Source: Podarcis bocagei (Eukaryota). Taken from it: DNA of 64,000 nucleotides. The translations under genes and the position numbers were made by a program. Location of the stretch: the NCBI GenBank assembly GCA_964188305.1, contig OZ076903.1. One strand, 5' to 3'. This document shows positions 26,213-38,995 of this stretch, piece by piece; within the stretch, counting starts at the first letter, position 1; each line of letters starts with the position of its first letter. The notes beneath the pieces are model-generated. The model worked only from the letters and a program-made list of their open reading frames with translations, had not been told where the DNA came from and made no database searches.

Positions 26213-26683
26213 TGTGAGGGACTGGGCAGAGAAGGAATGGTGGAGACCGTCTCCCCAGCCTGACCATTCCAGACAAGAGGAAGACAGTTCAGAATTACAA
26301 CAGGGTTTGAGGGAGGTCGCAGCTCAGAGGCAGATGAGGGGGAAAGTTGGGAAATAATGCGAGAGGGGGAGGAGCAGCTAGCTGACAGGCTGTCACTAGA
26401 AAGCATTCCAGACCCACCATCTTCCAGAAGCCGGCGAGCCTTAAAAGTAGGAGAGCAAAGAGCTCAAGACAGAGGGCAGGTAGCAGCACACGTAGAGATG
26501 ATGTTAATAATGAATGAGGGAGTGGGAGGGATGGGGAGTGGAGATTCACTTGGGACAATGCCATTATCCAAAGCCCCTCTCTTTAAATACTGAATAAAAA
26601 GCAGGTAGGTGGCAAGAAGAAACTTCCTTGTCTTTGTACATTTCTGGCAACCAACCGTGGGAGTTGCATGTAGCCACGTGACA
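26213..26683 (+). mobile_element. Solo LTR (Gypsy-like)
   Basis: TGTGA...TGACA termini; 5-bp TSD CCAAG/CGAAG (1 mismatch); TTTAAATA and AATAAA at 26582-26598. Confidence 0.7.
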
Positions 26684-27159
26684 CGAAGTGTCAATAAGAT
26701 TACCTTCCAAATGCTGTTAGTGGGATATGCATGTACCAAATGTACATCTTGATCCATGTACCCTTTTTTATTCAAACACACTGAATTCAACTAAATCAAG
26801 GCTTTACCTCCTGGAAAGAGAATGGCTCCTTCAATCTACAGAGCACCCACACTTGTGGGGTGTGGAATGGGAGCTATTCCATTCTTTCACAAACAGACTC
26901 TAGTGCCCCCAAATCTGCTGTGAAGGATTGTGGAACTTCCAAAACAGTGATCCTGGTGGCACCAGAAGCAGCAGGGAAAAGCAGAAGCAGCCAAAATCAT
27001 CTCCTTTCTCCAGCATCCAGATGAGCATATAAATGTGTAGCTTAGCCTTTAGTGTCATTTGTTAGCATGTTTATAGTCATATGAAGGCAGATTGAGCGGA
27101 AAATAGTGGGGCCACTGGTCAAGAAGGTGGTTTCTGCACATGCTGTAGAGGGAAGTGAG

Positions 27160-27238
27160 GTACAGATGGGGCTCATCAACCTGGGAAGGTAGCCCATCTA
27201 GGGGATGGAAAACTTTGATCCTAAACCTCCGCTGCTTT
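27160..27238 (+). mobile_element. Short fragment resembling an RTE-clade LINE 5'UTR
   Basis: AGATGGG...CCCATCT hairpin followed by GGAAAACT...AAACCTCCGCTGC; recognised by eye only. Confidence 0.35.
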
Positions 27239-30095
27239 GTTGAGCCTCTAGTCTAGCAGAACTCAAACAGCCATCAATAATGCGCTTAAATAGCCTATTT
27301 GTGTTTAAACCAAATATTTAGGTGTGCACTGACCATGGTGGAAACAGATGAAGAAACATGTTACAGATGCAAATCTGTATGTTTCTCAGTCAGTATGCTG
27401 GGCTATATCCCAATGGTAACCCCGCTATTAAATGATTCTTCACCTGTCTTGTGAAAATTCACAGTGGCATAGATACTTAATGCTTTAGCAATCGATACCT
27501 CCACATCATCAGGATATGGAGCATGCTCATGAGGTATTTAGTGACTTAAACCATTGGTTCACCTAGGTTGGTACAGTCTAATCAGACTGTTACAGCTTCC
27601 AAAATCAAATGTACACTTCTTGCTCAACCCTGTTACCTGAGGGTTTCCTTTAACTGCAGATACCAAATAATGAAAATCTTCTACATGCAAAGTGTACAAT
27701 TTTCCACTGAGTTATGGCCCCTACACATACATATAGCCTTTTCAGGATGTTGCTTATCATACCTGGAAAACTGGAGCAAGCAGAAACTTACATATGGGAT
27801 GTCTGGTAATGCACCGAACCAAGTAAAAAACAAACATACAGACCCAAACCATCGTTGTCCTTTGTTTGGCTGATCTCTGTGGGTGAGAAAGAAAGCTCTG
27901 CCCAGTCTCCCAACTTTGCTTAGCACCAACGTTCCGTGCAATTTCAAGACTACTTCAAACAGTGCCAGAGAACAATGTGGAGTCAGTTACGTGTGCAACA
28001 CTCTACAAGATAAGAACTATATTGCAATGGAGCCCACCCGTCTAACCCTAGGCATTGTGATGATAGAGCACTACCTTAGTAAATAAAAAGGCATCTTGTA
28101 AGAAATTAGAAAATTGTTATCGCATGTACAGCGTGCACTTTAATGTATTTTGGAATAATTATGTCAGCCTGCCATTAGTTTAATTAAATTTTTTACACCT
28201 TCTTGATTAGACAGCCAGTTTAATGACATCTTCCACACTTTGAGCTGTGAAGTGTGGCTCATTTTAAAATTCTGTAATAAGAAAATGTAAATCTGATGAA
28301 CATCTTCCAGACAGATGTAAGAAACACACACACTCAAATACCAACCATTTATAGTTTTCCCTACTAAGGGGAAAAAGCAAAGAATAAGCAGATAATTAGT
28401 GATTTCCCATGAATTACAATTATATAAACACGATGATTTTAAGAAATACGACTTCTTGGTAAGTAAAGGTGGGTGGTATTAACTCAGGGCCAGATGTAGC
28501 CTTCAAAATCAACATTTGAGAGGCATTCTATTTTGTAAGCTAAATAACTATTAGTGTATATACCGAGGAAGTGAATGCTTATAATGCATTTAACACAGCA
28601 ACACCTTTAGCAAGATCCATAAACCACAAATGCCTGCATTTAACCTGGCTTAGTTCCCATTAAAGTATAGTAGATAAAGTGGTTTGTGGCTTTAATGTGA
28701 CTGCTGATGGAACAATACATAAAAACCTTCAGGGAGGGAATGTAAGTGCTACAGCATGCATTCATTAAATACAGAAAAGCATAAAATTACATATTTTGAG
28801 ATCTTGAAAGATTATGGCAGCATACCCAAACACAGTCTGGTAGAATGTGCACTCCAAGCATAAATGAGAAAAATGCAGGCAAAGTATAGCCAGGGCAAAG
28901 TAATATATCCATGTAGTTTGCATCTTTTGAACAGCTCCTTACCTTTGGCAACACTTTCCAAGCATGCTACTATCACCAAGTGCATCTGTCTCAAGCATCC
29001 TTTTGCAAAAGGTCGCAAACATGTGTGTCCCAAATGAAATATGAAAAGCTTCAAATTTTTTCCAATCATTTGTCTCTTGCTCAAATTGTAATGCATTCGG
29101 GGGGGGGGGACTCTTGCTGTCTACTCTCAATCACCTACTCATATTGCTTCAGTGGTGGCCCCTGTGAAGGAAATCTCACTGTGCTTCTCCTTCTGTGCTA
29201 CTATATGGCAGCATTCCAAGTGCCATGGGGGGAAACATGTTCTCCCAATACTGTCATCAGGGCCCAAACTAGATTATTGAATTTACTGGCCCACTTTGAC
29301 CATCACTTTAAGCTTCAATGTGTGTTTTATATATATGTATGTCATTTTATTTCTATGCTGTCTTTCCATAGTTAAAACCACACTCAAGGTGGTTTACAAC
29401 ATGGGGGATAATATATAATTACAAATATAAGCAATAAATGATACACATCAAAAAGTACACAGCCAAATCAAACAATTCACCCATAAATAAGACTGGAAAT
29501 AAAGATGCAAAAATTTGATATCAGTTACAACAACAACCCTCTCGCAACAAAATCCCCTAAACAATTTTCCAGCCCAAGATTCTGTTTAGCAACCTCTGCT
29601 TTTATGGCTGGAATCAGTCAAGGCCCCACTTTTCCAGGCCTGCTGGAAAAAGGCCTACAAGGCAGGGATCGGGTCTTCCAGGACTCACAACCAAGATGGT
29701 GTTAAAGGTGAAAGTACCGTATGCAGGTGCAAAGGGGGGGGGGAGATTGTGGTCACTTTGCTCTTTGTCTGCTCCTACACTAGTAGGAATCAAGCCATGG
29801 TTTGGATTAGCCTTTTGTCCAAACCCAGACTTGTAGTTTGTCCCAATCCAAACAAACCATGAGCTGCAATCAAGGTTTGTTCATGGCTAACCACTTTGGT
29901 TTCTTTGGAGAGAGATAAACCATAAACGCAACTTTCAATGAAATATTAAGACTTAGCACTTGGTAGCACAGCAGGAGAGGAGGCAAAGTGGTCAGGACTT
30001 TCTCCCCATACATCAGCACACTGCACGTTCATCTTTAAACCATACTTAACTGAGGTTTAAAGTGACATGCAAATGAAGCCACTGAGTGATTCTCT

Positions 30096-30097
<2 letters not shown>

Positions 30098-30137
<40 letters not shown>
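30098..30137. repeat. (GT)~20 microsatellite
   Basis: Read directly from the sequence. Confidence 0.95.
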
Positions 30138-30139
<2 letters not shown>

Positions 30140-31563
30140 TTGGATAAGGAATAACTCAGTTACCAAGCCATATGCAATTCAGAAATCGTTCAGATAATGT
30201 ATCTGGTAGAAGTGCATCAAGAGGTATTCCCATTCTAGCAATGCTTTCTAAAGTAGTCTTAAAGTATAATCAAGAATTCTGCTGTGAACTTGTAAAAAAT
30301 ATTTGCAACGCACTTTTTTTTTTTGCTCTGGGCAAAGGAAGCTTTCTGGTGCACTTCATCTGACTAAGCTATTTAAAGATTTTGTTTTAAGGTGGCATCA
30401 ACACTTTACTTCCCTGGCAACTATGTCAACAATGTCTTCCTAGCCTAATAGCCTCTGCCTAACTGAATAACTAAGAGGAAAAATTGCACTCATTACTCCA
30501 ACATCAAGAAAATCTGGACAAAAATAATGAAGTTAAAAATAAAAGCTCACCAGATGAAAATGAATGGCATGAACTATTTTCATTGCTATGCATATACTGG
30601 TGTATGAGAATTTTTATTTCAGTCTTATGATCTCTGTGGTTCTCTTAAAATGTGGGTCATATAATATTACTTACACTTTTACAAATAAAACTGAGCATCA
30701 TTTGTTGTTGTCAAATATGATTCTAATCCTTTATAGTAGAATAACTCTATGACCAGAGTGGCTGGGGGAACCCAGCCAGTTGGGTGGGGTATAAATAATA
30801 AAATTATTATTATAATTAATGAGCAGGTAATGAGTACTGTTCTGCATTCCTCTTGTGATTAAACAATAGCTGCATTTTCTTTCCAAAATGTGTCTTGGCT
30901 TCCTTTTAAAACAGCATCTTAGCTAATATAATGTGATAGTTGTATCTAATCAGTAGAAATGTAAACAAACACTGACTGATGAGAAACCTAACAATGCTGT
31001 ACCAGACAAGGGTTTCTGTATTGTCAACCGATCAGATGGTTCTGGGAAGCCCTCGAGAAAGGCTTGAAAGCAACTGGCTGTAAGTGAACAAATGTCTCTA
31101 CATCAGTAGCACTCCATGAATTTGTCTTTTTATGCCATGGCCATCACCACAGATTGTTGCAATAGATTCTGTGACTTAATTATGAATAAAACTTTTTGTG
31201 TTTGTCACTTTTCCCTAACCTACCAGTTATGAGGAATACCTATTCCAAGCAGTTGGGTGTGGGGGAGGAGGAGAGAGAAATATGAATGTCCACATTCCCC
31301 AGACCACATGCACAACTCTATATAAACTACCATGTTCTGTTTCTGCTTGGTTTCCTTCCCCCACCCACCCATACTAAAAAGTCATTAGCATGGTAGCATT
31401 CCTTCATAGAGAAGGTATTCTGCTGCCTGATCATTTTGACTGCCCTGATTTACATCTCTAAAATATCCTTGTAAACCTGTTACAAGCAGAACAGTACATG
31501 GTAATCCAGACAAATACTTTCCACTGGCTTCCACATAAACTCAGCCAAGGCAACCAGTTGTAG

Positions 31564-32386
31564 TGTGAGGACCCGATCCCCGCTTTGTGGAATGAAGACA
31601 CACGGACACAGTGTATAAGGTTAATGGGCAAGAAAAGGCGACAACTTTATTGATTACAGCAAGTGAGAAGATATTGGCTTAGGCATTGGACCACGACAGA
31701 TTGACTCCACCCACTCGGAGAGGGGTGAGCCTAAAAGGGGGTTTATTCACCAGTAGGTGGAGCCTGTTGATGCTAATACAACTATAAGCTCTCCCCTGAT
31801 GTTACCGAGGGTCGTGCCATGGCCCCACGCCACACAGGCATCAGACAGGATCCACAACTGCCGGATTCCTTTAACGGAATACCCAAATTTGAAGGGGTAG
31901 GCGATGGCCACACCTAGCCCTTCCACACACCAACAACACATTCCAATGCCTAACTGCCAAATACCAAAAAAGTTGTGACGATTGCTACGAGGTAGGCAAA
32001 AAAACCCAAAGGCCTAATGCCAATTGGAAAAATTCCTACCAGGCCCCCTGGGCAACCTGGGCGACCAACCAAAGGTCCATAGCAAGGTCAAGCGAAAAGC
32101 TAAGCCCTAAGCCCTAAGCGAGTAGTGGGTGGGTGACTCGCGACGAGAAGGAGAAAAGTGAGGCGGAATGGCTGGCGTAGCGGTACCTTAAACTGCAAAC
32201 CATGCCCCCTCCAAGCCACCCGGTTGGGCGCTTACCTATGGACATGGTGCGCCAGCCAGGAGAGTGGGGCAGGGGGCATAATGCCCCCTGTGTGACGCAG
32301 AAATCGCGTCCCGCCCACAACACCTCCCCTCTCAGAGGAGGAGAGGCTTTATCCACTTGACTAATGCCAGTGGTGTCATGGCCACA
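31564..32386 (-). mobile_element. LTR-like structured terminal repeat, copy A (solo LTR or Ngaro/DIRS-type repeat unit)
   Basis: TG..CA ends; minus-strand CACCCACCC, GGTAGGAATTTTTCC, TAGCAATCGTCACAACTT, CAATGCCTAAGCCAA and AATAAAGTTGT shared with 54620-55468; no clean TSD. Confidence 0.75.
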
Positions 32387-32454
32387 GTCAAGATGCAAGC
32401 TCTGTTGGCTTCTTGATACACTTACTAAGCCAATGATCTGCTTCTTCCAACATA

Positions 32455-32490
32455 CAGTGGTACCTCAGTTTTCGAGCGTAATCCGTTCTG
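32455..32490. mobile_element. Truncated Tigger-like MITE end
   Basis: TA|CAGTGGTACCTC with no partner TIR. Confidence 0.55.
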
Positions 32491-35351
32491 TGAGTTTATC
32501 ATACTACATAAAAACCACTAAGACTCATGATTTATATCTATGTTTTTGTGGTGCTGGCAAGCATCAGATCTGTGGTTGTTGTTTTTTTAATGTACAGTCT
32601 AAGATTTAATTTGATGGTGATGGTTTTGGTGGTGGTACTTATGGTCATGCAAATTTGGAAAGGATCATTATAATTCTACCATATCTAACTTGCACTATAT
32701 CTTGACTCTTCAGAAAAGCAGTGAGTGCATATGCACTCTCTGTTTCTTTGATCACTTCCAGATGACCTTTTTATTGAGCATTCATCATGAGATTAGATGA
32801 TGTGAGATTTGATGATGCCAGCTATTTACTTCTTATTTTCAGGAAGCTTAGACAATGTTGTGTCAAGCAACTGTTACACCAATGTGTTCTCCTATCGCTT
32901 TCTTTCTCACTAAGAGTTTAATATTTTGGGGACAGTGGGTTTGTGGTGCAAGACCTCTAAATCAACTCTAATTGCATAACCTGAATTTCTTGATATATGA
33001 TTTAACGCCCAAAACAAAACAGTGACTGCCTTGTAGTGCCCTTTTTGTCTGCTCAAAGATGAGGAGGAATGATGGGATTGGGGAAAAAGAAGTAACAAGG
33101 GTACTGTCTCAAAATTTCACATGTGCCCGTGGACCACGAAACATTGGCAATCCTTGATTCAGTTGTTTATTTTATTTTGTTGTTAAATAGAATGTTATAC
33201 GCAACCTTAGTAGGAAACAAGAGAGAAGGGTAAATATGCTCCCACTGTCTCTAATTTATGATATCACATCCTGGTGAAACTCTCACATCTATTTTTGCCT
33301 TTCTGGCATTCCTTTTAAGTGTGTATAGTTATGAACTGTTAGAGTTGTCATCCTTTAGGGTTTAAGTCCTTACCCAGGGTTTCTCAAAATAAAATGTGAT
33401 CTATAAAAAACGGAAAAAAATAGGGCTTTATGAGTTTTCATCAGTGAAATGCTGGAGCGCATGGTGAAAAATGACTCTCTTCACATATTTTTTTCCTGTG
33501 ATAACTATGGGGTTTCATACCTCACTGAGGGGGGATAAGTGCAATAATGCAATTTAATTCTATTTAAACCGGAATTAGAAATAGCACTTCTGATCTATAT
33601 TTTCTCATTTATATCACCCCTTCCTTCTATTTTCTTTGACATTATACTGCACATAAGCACACCCACTTGCAGATATTTGGGTCACCATCACCTCACTTAT
33701 CATATGACTTTTAGTTTCCCAGTGATGACACCAAACATTTAAACACATCCTATTTTAATCTGAACATTTCTTCACTTAGCATAAATTAGTATACCAGATG
33801 TCACCTTTTAATTAACACATTGGAATTTGGGAGCTGTAGCTTTCTCTGGTAACAAACTTTCCATCACACCGACATCTGTGATTTATGCTTCCAACTTTTA
33901 TGCAATGTATTTACATAATCTTTTTGATTTAAGCAAAGATAACATATCCTTACAGTTCTGTAGAACTAAATCCCGAGGGGATAGTTAAAACCCAATCAAT
34001 GCTTGGCTTAAAGCTTCCTCTTCTAATGCTAGTGATCATAAGTGTACACCATCAAATATTCTCATAGTGAAACTCTGTAAACTGGGTTGGGGAAGGGGGG
34101 TGGGATTGTATCAACCCCACAGTTAGCTTCTGCTGTGCAAAACAAAAAGGAAACACATTGCACATGAAACGGAAACTCTAGAAGCAACTTAATTTTAAGT
34201 CTTCAGATGCATGAAACTGATTGCATTTGTTCAGCTGCTAACCTATTCCTCAGAGATATTTGATAAGTAAGGCATTTATGCTTATGTAGTGCTCTGTAAA
34301 AGCCTGCTTTGCTTGCTTGAGCACGCTAAGCAAAAGGGAGTCTGCATAATGCAGCAATAATTTTGACCCTCAGCAGGGGTATGGCCTGGCTCTTTGCAGG
34401 TTTGACTGTAAGGAGAATGGCAGTCAATATTCCTTGCTTCTCATGCTTCCAGTGCGCATAGATATGAAGGGAATGCACTCTCACGACTTTTATCATATCC
34501 ATTTTGAGCATGCACACCTCCTACTATGCACCCAATAGCTACAACACGTAAAAGAGCCTTTCTTATAAGGACATAAAAGGACACGATTAAAGCCTGCTGA
34601 TTCACACCCATGGTTCATCTAGTCTAGCATTTAATTCCCTACGGAGGCCAGCAGAATTGCTCCCAGAAGCTCACAAGCAGGCACAACTATGACGCTGTTT
34701 GTCCTCAGCATATGGTATGTATTATGGAAATATATAGCATACAAGTTGGTAACATATTGAATCTGAACCTGGAGAACATATTTAGCTATCATGACTAACA
34801 ATAGACTCATCCTCTATGGCAACCTTCTTCAAACCTGAGGCCCCATATATTTTGGAAAGCATGGACAATGATCAAGAATGGTGGAAGTCGTAGTTCAACA
34901 ACATCTGGGGATCTGAAGTAGCAGAAGACTGCTTTAAAGTTTATTAAGGTTTCCTTAGACCAGATGGTCCAATGGTCCAAATGAGCTCCTTATATCCAAC
35001 ATATGAAATAAATAAAACATTAATCTTTCTTGGAATTGCCAATGAACTAGAAAGATATAAGGCCCCTTCATTCTGAGTTGAGTGTTAGACCCCAGTCTTG
35101 GTGCAGTTCCTGGCAAATTATAAAGCCATTATTTTTCAAGTTTTATTTCACATTGAAAAGACCATTAAACAGAATGTCAAAGCAGTATTACAAAGCCTAG
35201 AGTCCATAAAAATTAACAGTGTGATTATGAACAGATGCACAAACTGATTAGTAAAAATAAAGAGACCATTTGGCATGACGACAAGTCTTAATTGGGCTCT
35301 TTGAAATTACACTGAACTGCGTTTAGTTAAACCTTCCTCCTTCCCATTGTA

Positions 35352-35577
35352 CAGTAGTACCTCGGGTTAAGTATTTAATTCGTTCCGGAGGTCCGTTCTT
35401 AACCTGAAACTGTTCTTAACCTGAAGCACCACTTTAGCTAATGGGGCCTCCTGCTGCCCCTGCGCCGCCGGAGCCCGATTTCTGTTCTTATCCTGAAGCA
35501 AAGTTCTTAACCTGAAGCACTATTTCTGGGTTAGCGGAGAGTGTAACCTGAAGCATATGTAACCCGAGGTACCACTG
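35352..35577. mobile_element. Tc1/mariner (Tigger-like) MITE
   Basis: TA|CAGTAGTACCTCGGGTTA...TAACCCGAGGTACCACTG|TA. Confidence 0.92.
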
Positions 35578-35699
35578 TATTAAATAAAAAACATGCAAAC
35601 CTTATAAGAAATAATGAAAATCTATGCTGAGGTAGAGTGGAGAGGGAGAGAGAATGAATGAATGAATGAATGAATGAATAATAAAAATATACAACTCTT

Positions 35700-36370
35700 C
35701 ATCTGATGAACACAGGTTGGTTCACAGTATAAAAATACAAAAGGATTACACAAAACACATAATAAAAACAAAAACAAATAATCCCCCTCCCACAAACACA
35801 TGTAAAAGAATGCAGAATATTAATCAGCCCAAAGGCCTGTTTCAAAAGAAGTACTTTCACTTGGTGCCTAATATGTAGCAAAGGTGCCAGGCGAGCCTTC
35901 CAGAGAAGAGCATTCCACCACAGAAAAGGCCTGTTCTTATGTTGCCACCTTCCAGACATCTCATGGAGGAGGCACACAAAGAAGGGCCTCAGATAATGAC
36001 TGCAGGGTCTGGGTCAGTTCATATGGGGAGAGGCAGTCCTTGAGGTATTGCAGCCCTGAGTCATTTAAGGCTTTATCGGTCAAAATCAACACTTTGAATT
36101 GGGCGAGGAAACTAACTGGCAGCTAGTGCAGTCAGGCAAGGATTGCTGTAATATGCAGCCCCCGTGGAGCAACCTGGCTACCAAATTCTGCAACAGCTGA
36201 AGTTTCCAAGCAGCCTTCAGAGATAGCGCTAGGTATAATGCATTGTAGTAATCTAACCCAGAGGTTACCGGGCAGAAATTATACTATCCCTGTGCAGATA
36301 TGGGCACAGTTGGACCATCAGATGAGCTGATGGAATGTACTCCATGCCATGGAGGCCACCTGAGCCTCGA
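35700..36370 (-). mobile_element. Older L2 LINE fragment
   Basis: GAAAAGGCCTG, CATTCCAC and GCATTGTAGTAATCTAA (minus strand LDYYNAL) L2 motifs; degenerate. Confidence 0.65.
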
Positions 36371-36397
36371 GCGGCAGCACAGGATCCAGAAGAAGCA

Positions 36398-36757
36398 TTC
36401 ATGGTCACAAGTTGCTCAGCTGAGCATTCATTTTCGCAGTTGAAGTATATCAAAAATCCCAACAGAACAACTATGTTACAAAGTAAATAGAAGCAAGTAT
36501 AGAAGAAGATATGTTACATAAGATGACTTTTGAGGATCTGATCAAAGACTTTGCAATTTGAAAAAGTAGAACTTTCCCCCCAAATATAAATAAAGTGGAA
36601 GTATATAAAAACAAACATTATTTTCCATCTTGCTGTAGGTTTTGTTTCATTTCAAAAATAATATGTTATATTTCATTTACTGTTGTTTATATTTTGAGTT
36701 AGATATACATGGGGACACCAAAATATTTTAAGTGTTTAGGGCTTAATCCCACCATGT
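36398..36757 (+). pseudogene. hAT transposase C-terminal dimerisation-domain relic with 3' end of the element
   Basis: VTSCSAEHSFSQLKYIKNPNRTTMLQ and SIEEDMLHKMTFEDLIKDFAI*KSR match the hAT 'SAERSFS.LK.IK...R.TM.Q...SIE...FA..K.R' pattern; stops and a deletion present. Confidence 0.8.
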
Positions 36758-38468
36758 CCAAATTGCATACCTAAATTTTAGGAAAATTGCAAGCACAGCA
36801 AATACATTGTTTCAAATACATTGTTAGTGTGAGAGAAAAGGCAGTTCAGTGAGGATGAAATATATACAATCATATTTATTTCCAAAATGCAGGGTGTCTG
36901 CGGTGTGTGTGTGTGTGAAACAGCCAGTCAAGGAATACTGCTAGATACCAGATTATGAGACCAAATCATGAGATTAGTAAATGCACTGCAGATAATCAAT
37001 TAGCGGTAACTATAGAAATTGCAATCCCCATAAAATTGCATGATCGGAAACCAAGAGAACTTCCTCATCAATAGTTCAGTATATGAATATAGTCAGCTTC
37101 TAATAACGGGCAAAGGTTAAGCGCACGCAAATGGTTGACCTCACCCCTCCAAGGATTCCATCCTCGTCCTCAGCTTGCACATGGGAAGAACATCTGCCAA
37201 AAGTACATCCAATTGAGCTATAATCAATGTTGAGTAAAGATTGAAAAGGCTTTCTTCGCACAGTGGCAAATTGGTCACAGTAGACCACTGAGGAAATTTC
37301 CGCCCCATCCCTGGGAGCCAAGACGTAGAATCCAGCCAGACTGATTGCTCAGAAGGTATTGTTCTACAAATTATACACTAATTTCAGTGCCCAAGTCAAT
37401 TTCAGAAATTAACTGCAGATTCTCAATGAGTAAGGAGTTAAAGTCATTAGCTGCTGGATATCACCATAGTGACTGCTGGCTTGAGTACAGACTCTGATTA
37501 ATGCCGACCACACAGGTGCAAAATAAGGACACAAATTCAAAATACTCTCCATTTATATTTCTAGAAAGGGGAAGGGTTTCAGGAAAGGAGAGCTCCTCTC
37601 ATAATACATCAATGCATTAACAACTGGGGGAAAGTATATTTTGAGACCATTATTCAAAATTTGGTGACTTCACAGAACCAGATAATGAGAAACTAAGGTA
37701 GTAGGAAGTAGGACTAATGCAAGATTCAGCTGTAAAGTTGTGGGGAAATGAACCGCCACCTTGAATAATTGCACACACTTTCCTAAAAAAAAAGCTAGCA
37801 TACAAGTATGAACCAAGCATGCTTCGTTGCTGACTTGAACATTTTTTCCATTTACTTTGCTTTTTATTTACTTCATGGAAATAACTGGATTTTATTAGAA
37901 GATGTGGTTTATATAACATTGCATGTTAATTCTATAGGATAATATCAACATGGAGATGTAAAGCAGCCTATTTCTCAATTTCTACTTGTAGGCTAATGTA
38001 ATTAGCTATATTTGCAGGTCCTAAAAGTTACCATGAAGACAGAAGTTCCCCAAACTATAAAAGCAAAGATTGTGCACATGTACGATCCTCTTAACATTGT
38101 AGAGAAATACACATTATAGGTGGAAACTTGAGGAATTTAATCCTTTTGTCTCCGAACAGGTTTATTGAGAGTCAACAGAAAGAACGTTTTTTAAAGGGGG
38201 CTGGTGGTGAAAAATGCGTACTTATTTGTATGTGAGGGGAATATTTTAGATTTCCCAGCAGTAGCACTTTGATCTATCGCATGAGAACGAGAGTGCTGCC
38301 CTTGCAAGTGTCACGGTGGGGGGTGAGGATGAGAGTAACATAAACCAATTCTTCTAGGCTATTGCAGAGTTGTAGTTGAGGCAGGCCTAAAAACCCATCC
38401 TTGCAGAGCCCCAGCAATGGGGAAATTTGTTGCAAGATGCAAACTGCCATTAGAACTTATGCTAGTAT

Positions 38469-38995
38469 ATAAGATGATAAGAAGAGTCTGTTGGATCAGG
38501 CCAATGACATCTTGTTCTCACAGTGGCCAAGCAGATGCCTATGGGGAACTGACTGGCAGGATTCGAGCACTACAGCACTCTCCCCGTCTGTGGTTTCCAG
38601 CAGCTGATATTTGGGAAGATCACTACAGTGGAACCTTGGTTCCTGAACGCCTCCATTGTCGTACGTTTTGGTTCTCGAACGCCAAAAACCTGGAAGTAAA
38701 TGCTTCCATTTTCAAACGTTTTTCGGAACCCGAACGTACGATGCAGCTTCTGCTGAGTGCAAGAAGCTCTTGCAACCAATGGGAAGCCGTGCCTTGGTTT
38801 TCCAACATTTTGGAAGCTGAACGGGCTTCCAGAATGGATTTTGTTCGAGAACCGAGGTACCACTGTACCTCCAACTGGGCGGGCAGGGTATAGCCATCAG
38901 GGCTAGTAGCCTTCTCTTCTATGAATTTGTCCAGTCCTCCTTTTTAAAGCCATCTAGGCTGGTGGCCTCCAGGAGCTTGTGGCAAGGTAGTTCCA
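38469..38995 (-). mobile_element. CR1 (L3-like) LINE 3' fragment interrupted by a MITE
   Basis: AAGAAGAGTCTGTTGGATCAGGCCAA, TAGCCATCAGGGCTAGTAGCC and ATGAATTTGTC..TTTTAAAGCCAT motifs. Confidence 0.7.
38626..38865. mobile_element. Tc1/mariner (Tigger-like) MITE
   Basis: TA|CAGTGGAACCTTGGTTC...GAACCGAGGTACCACTG|TA. Confidence 0.9.

Noticed and set aside
38417-38893. 158-aa ORF
   Set aside because: A chimera of antisense CR1 sequence and an inserted Tigger-like MITE
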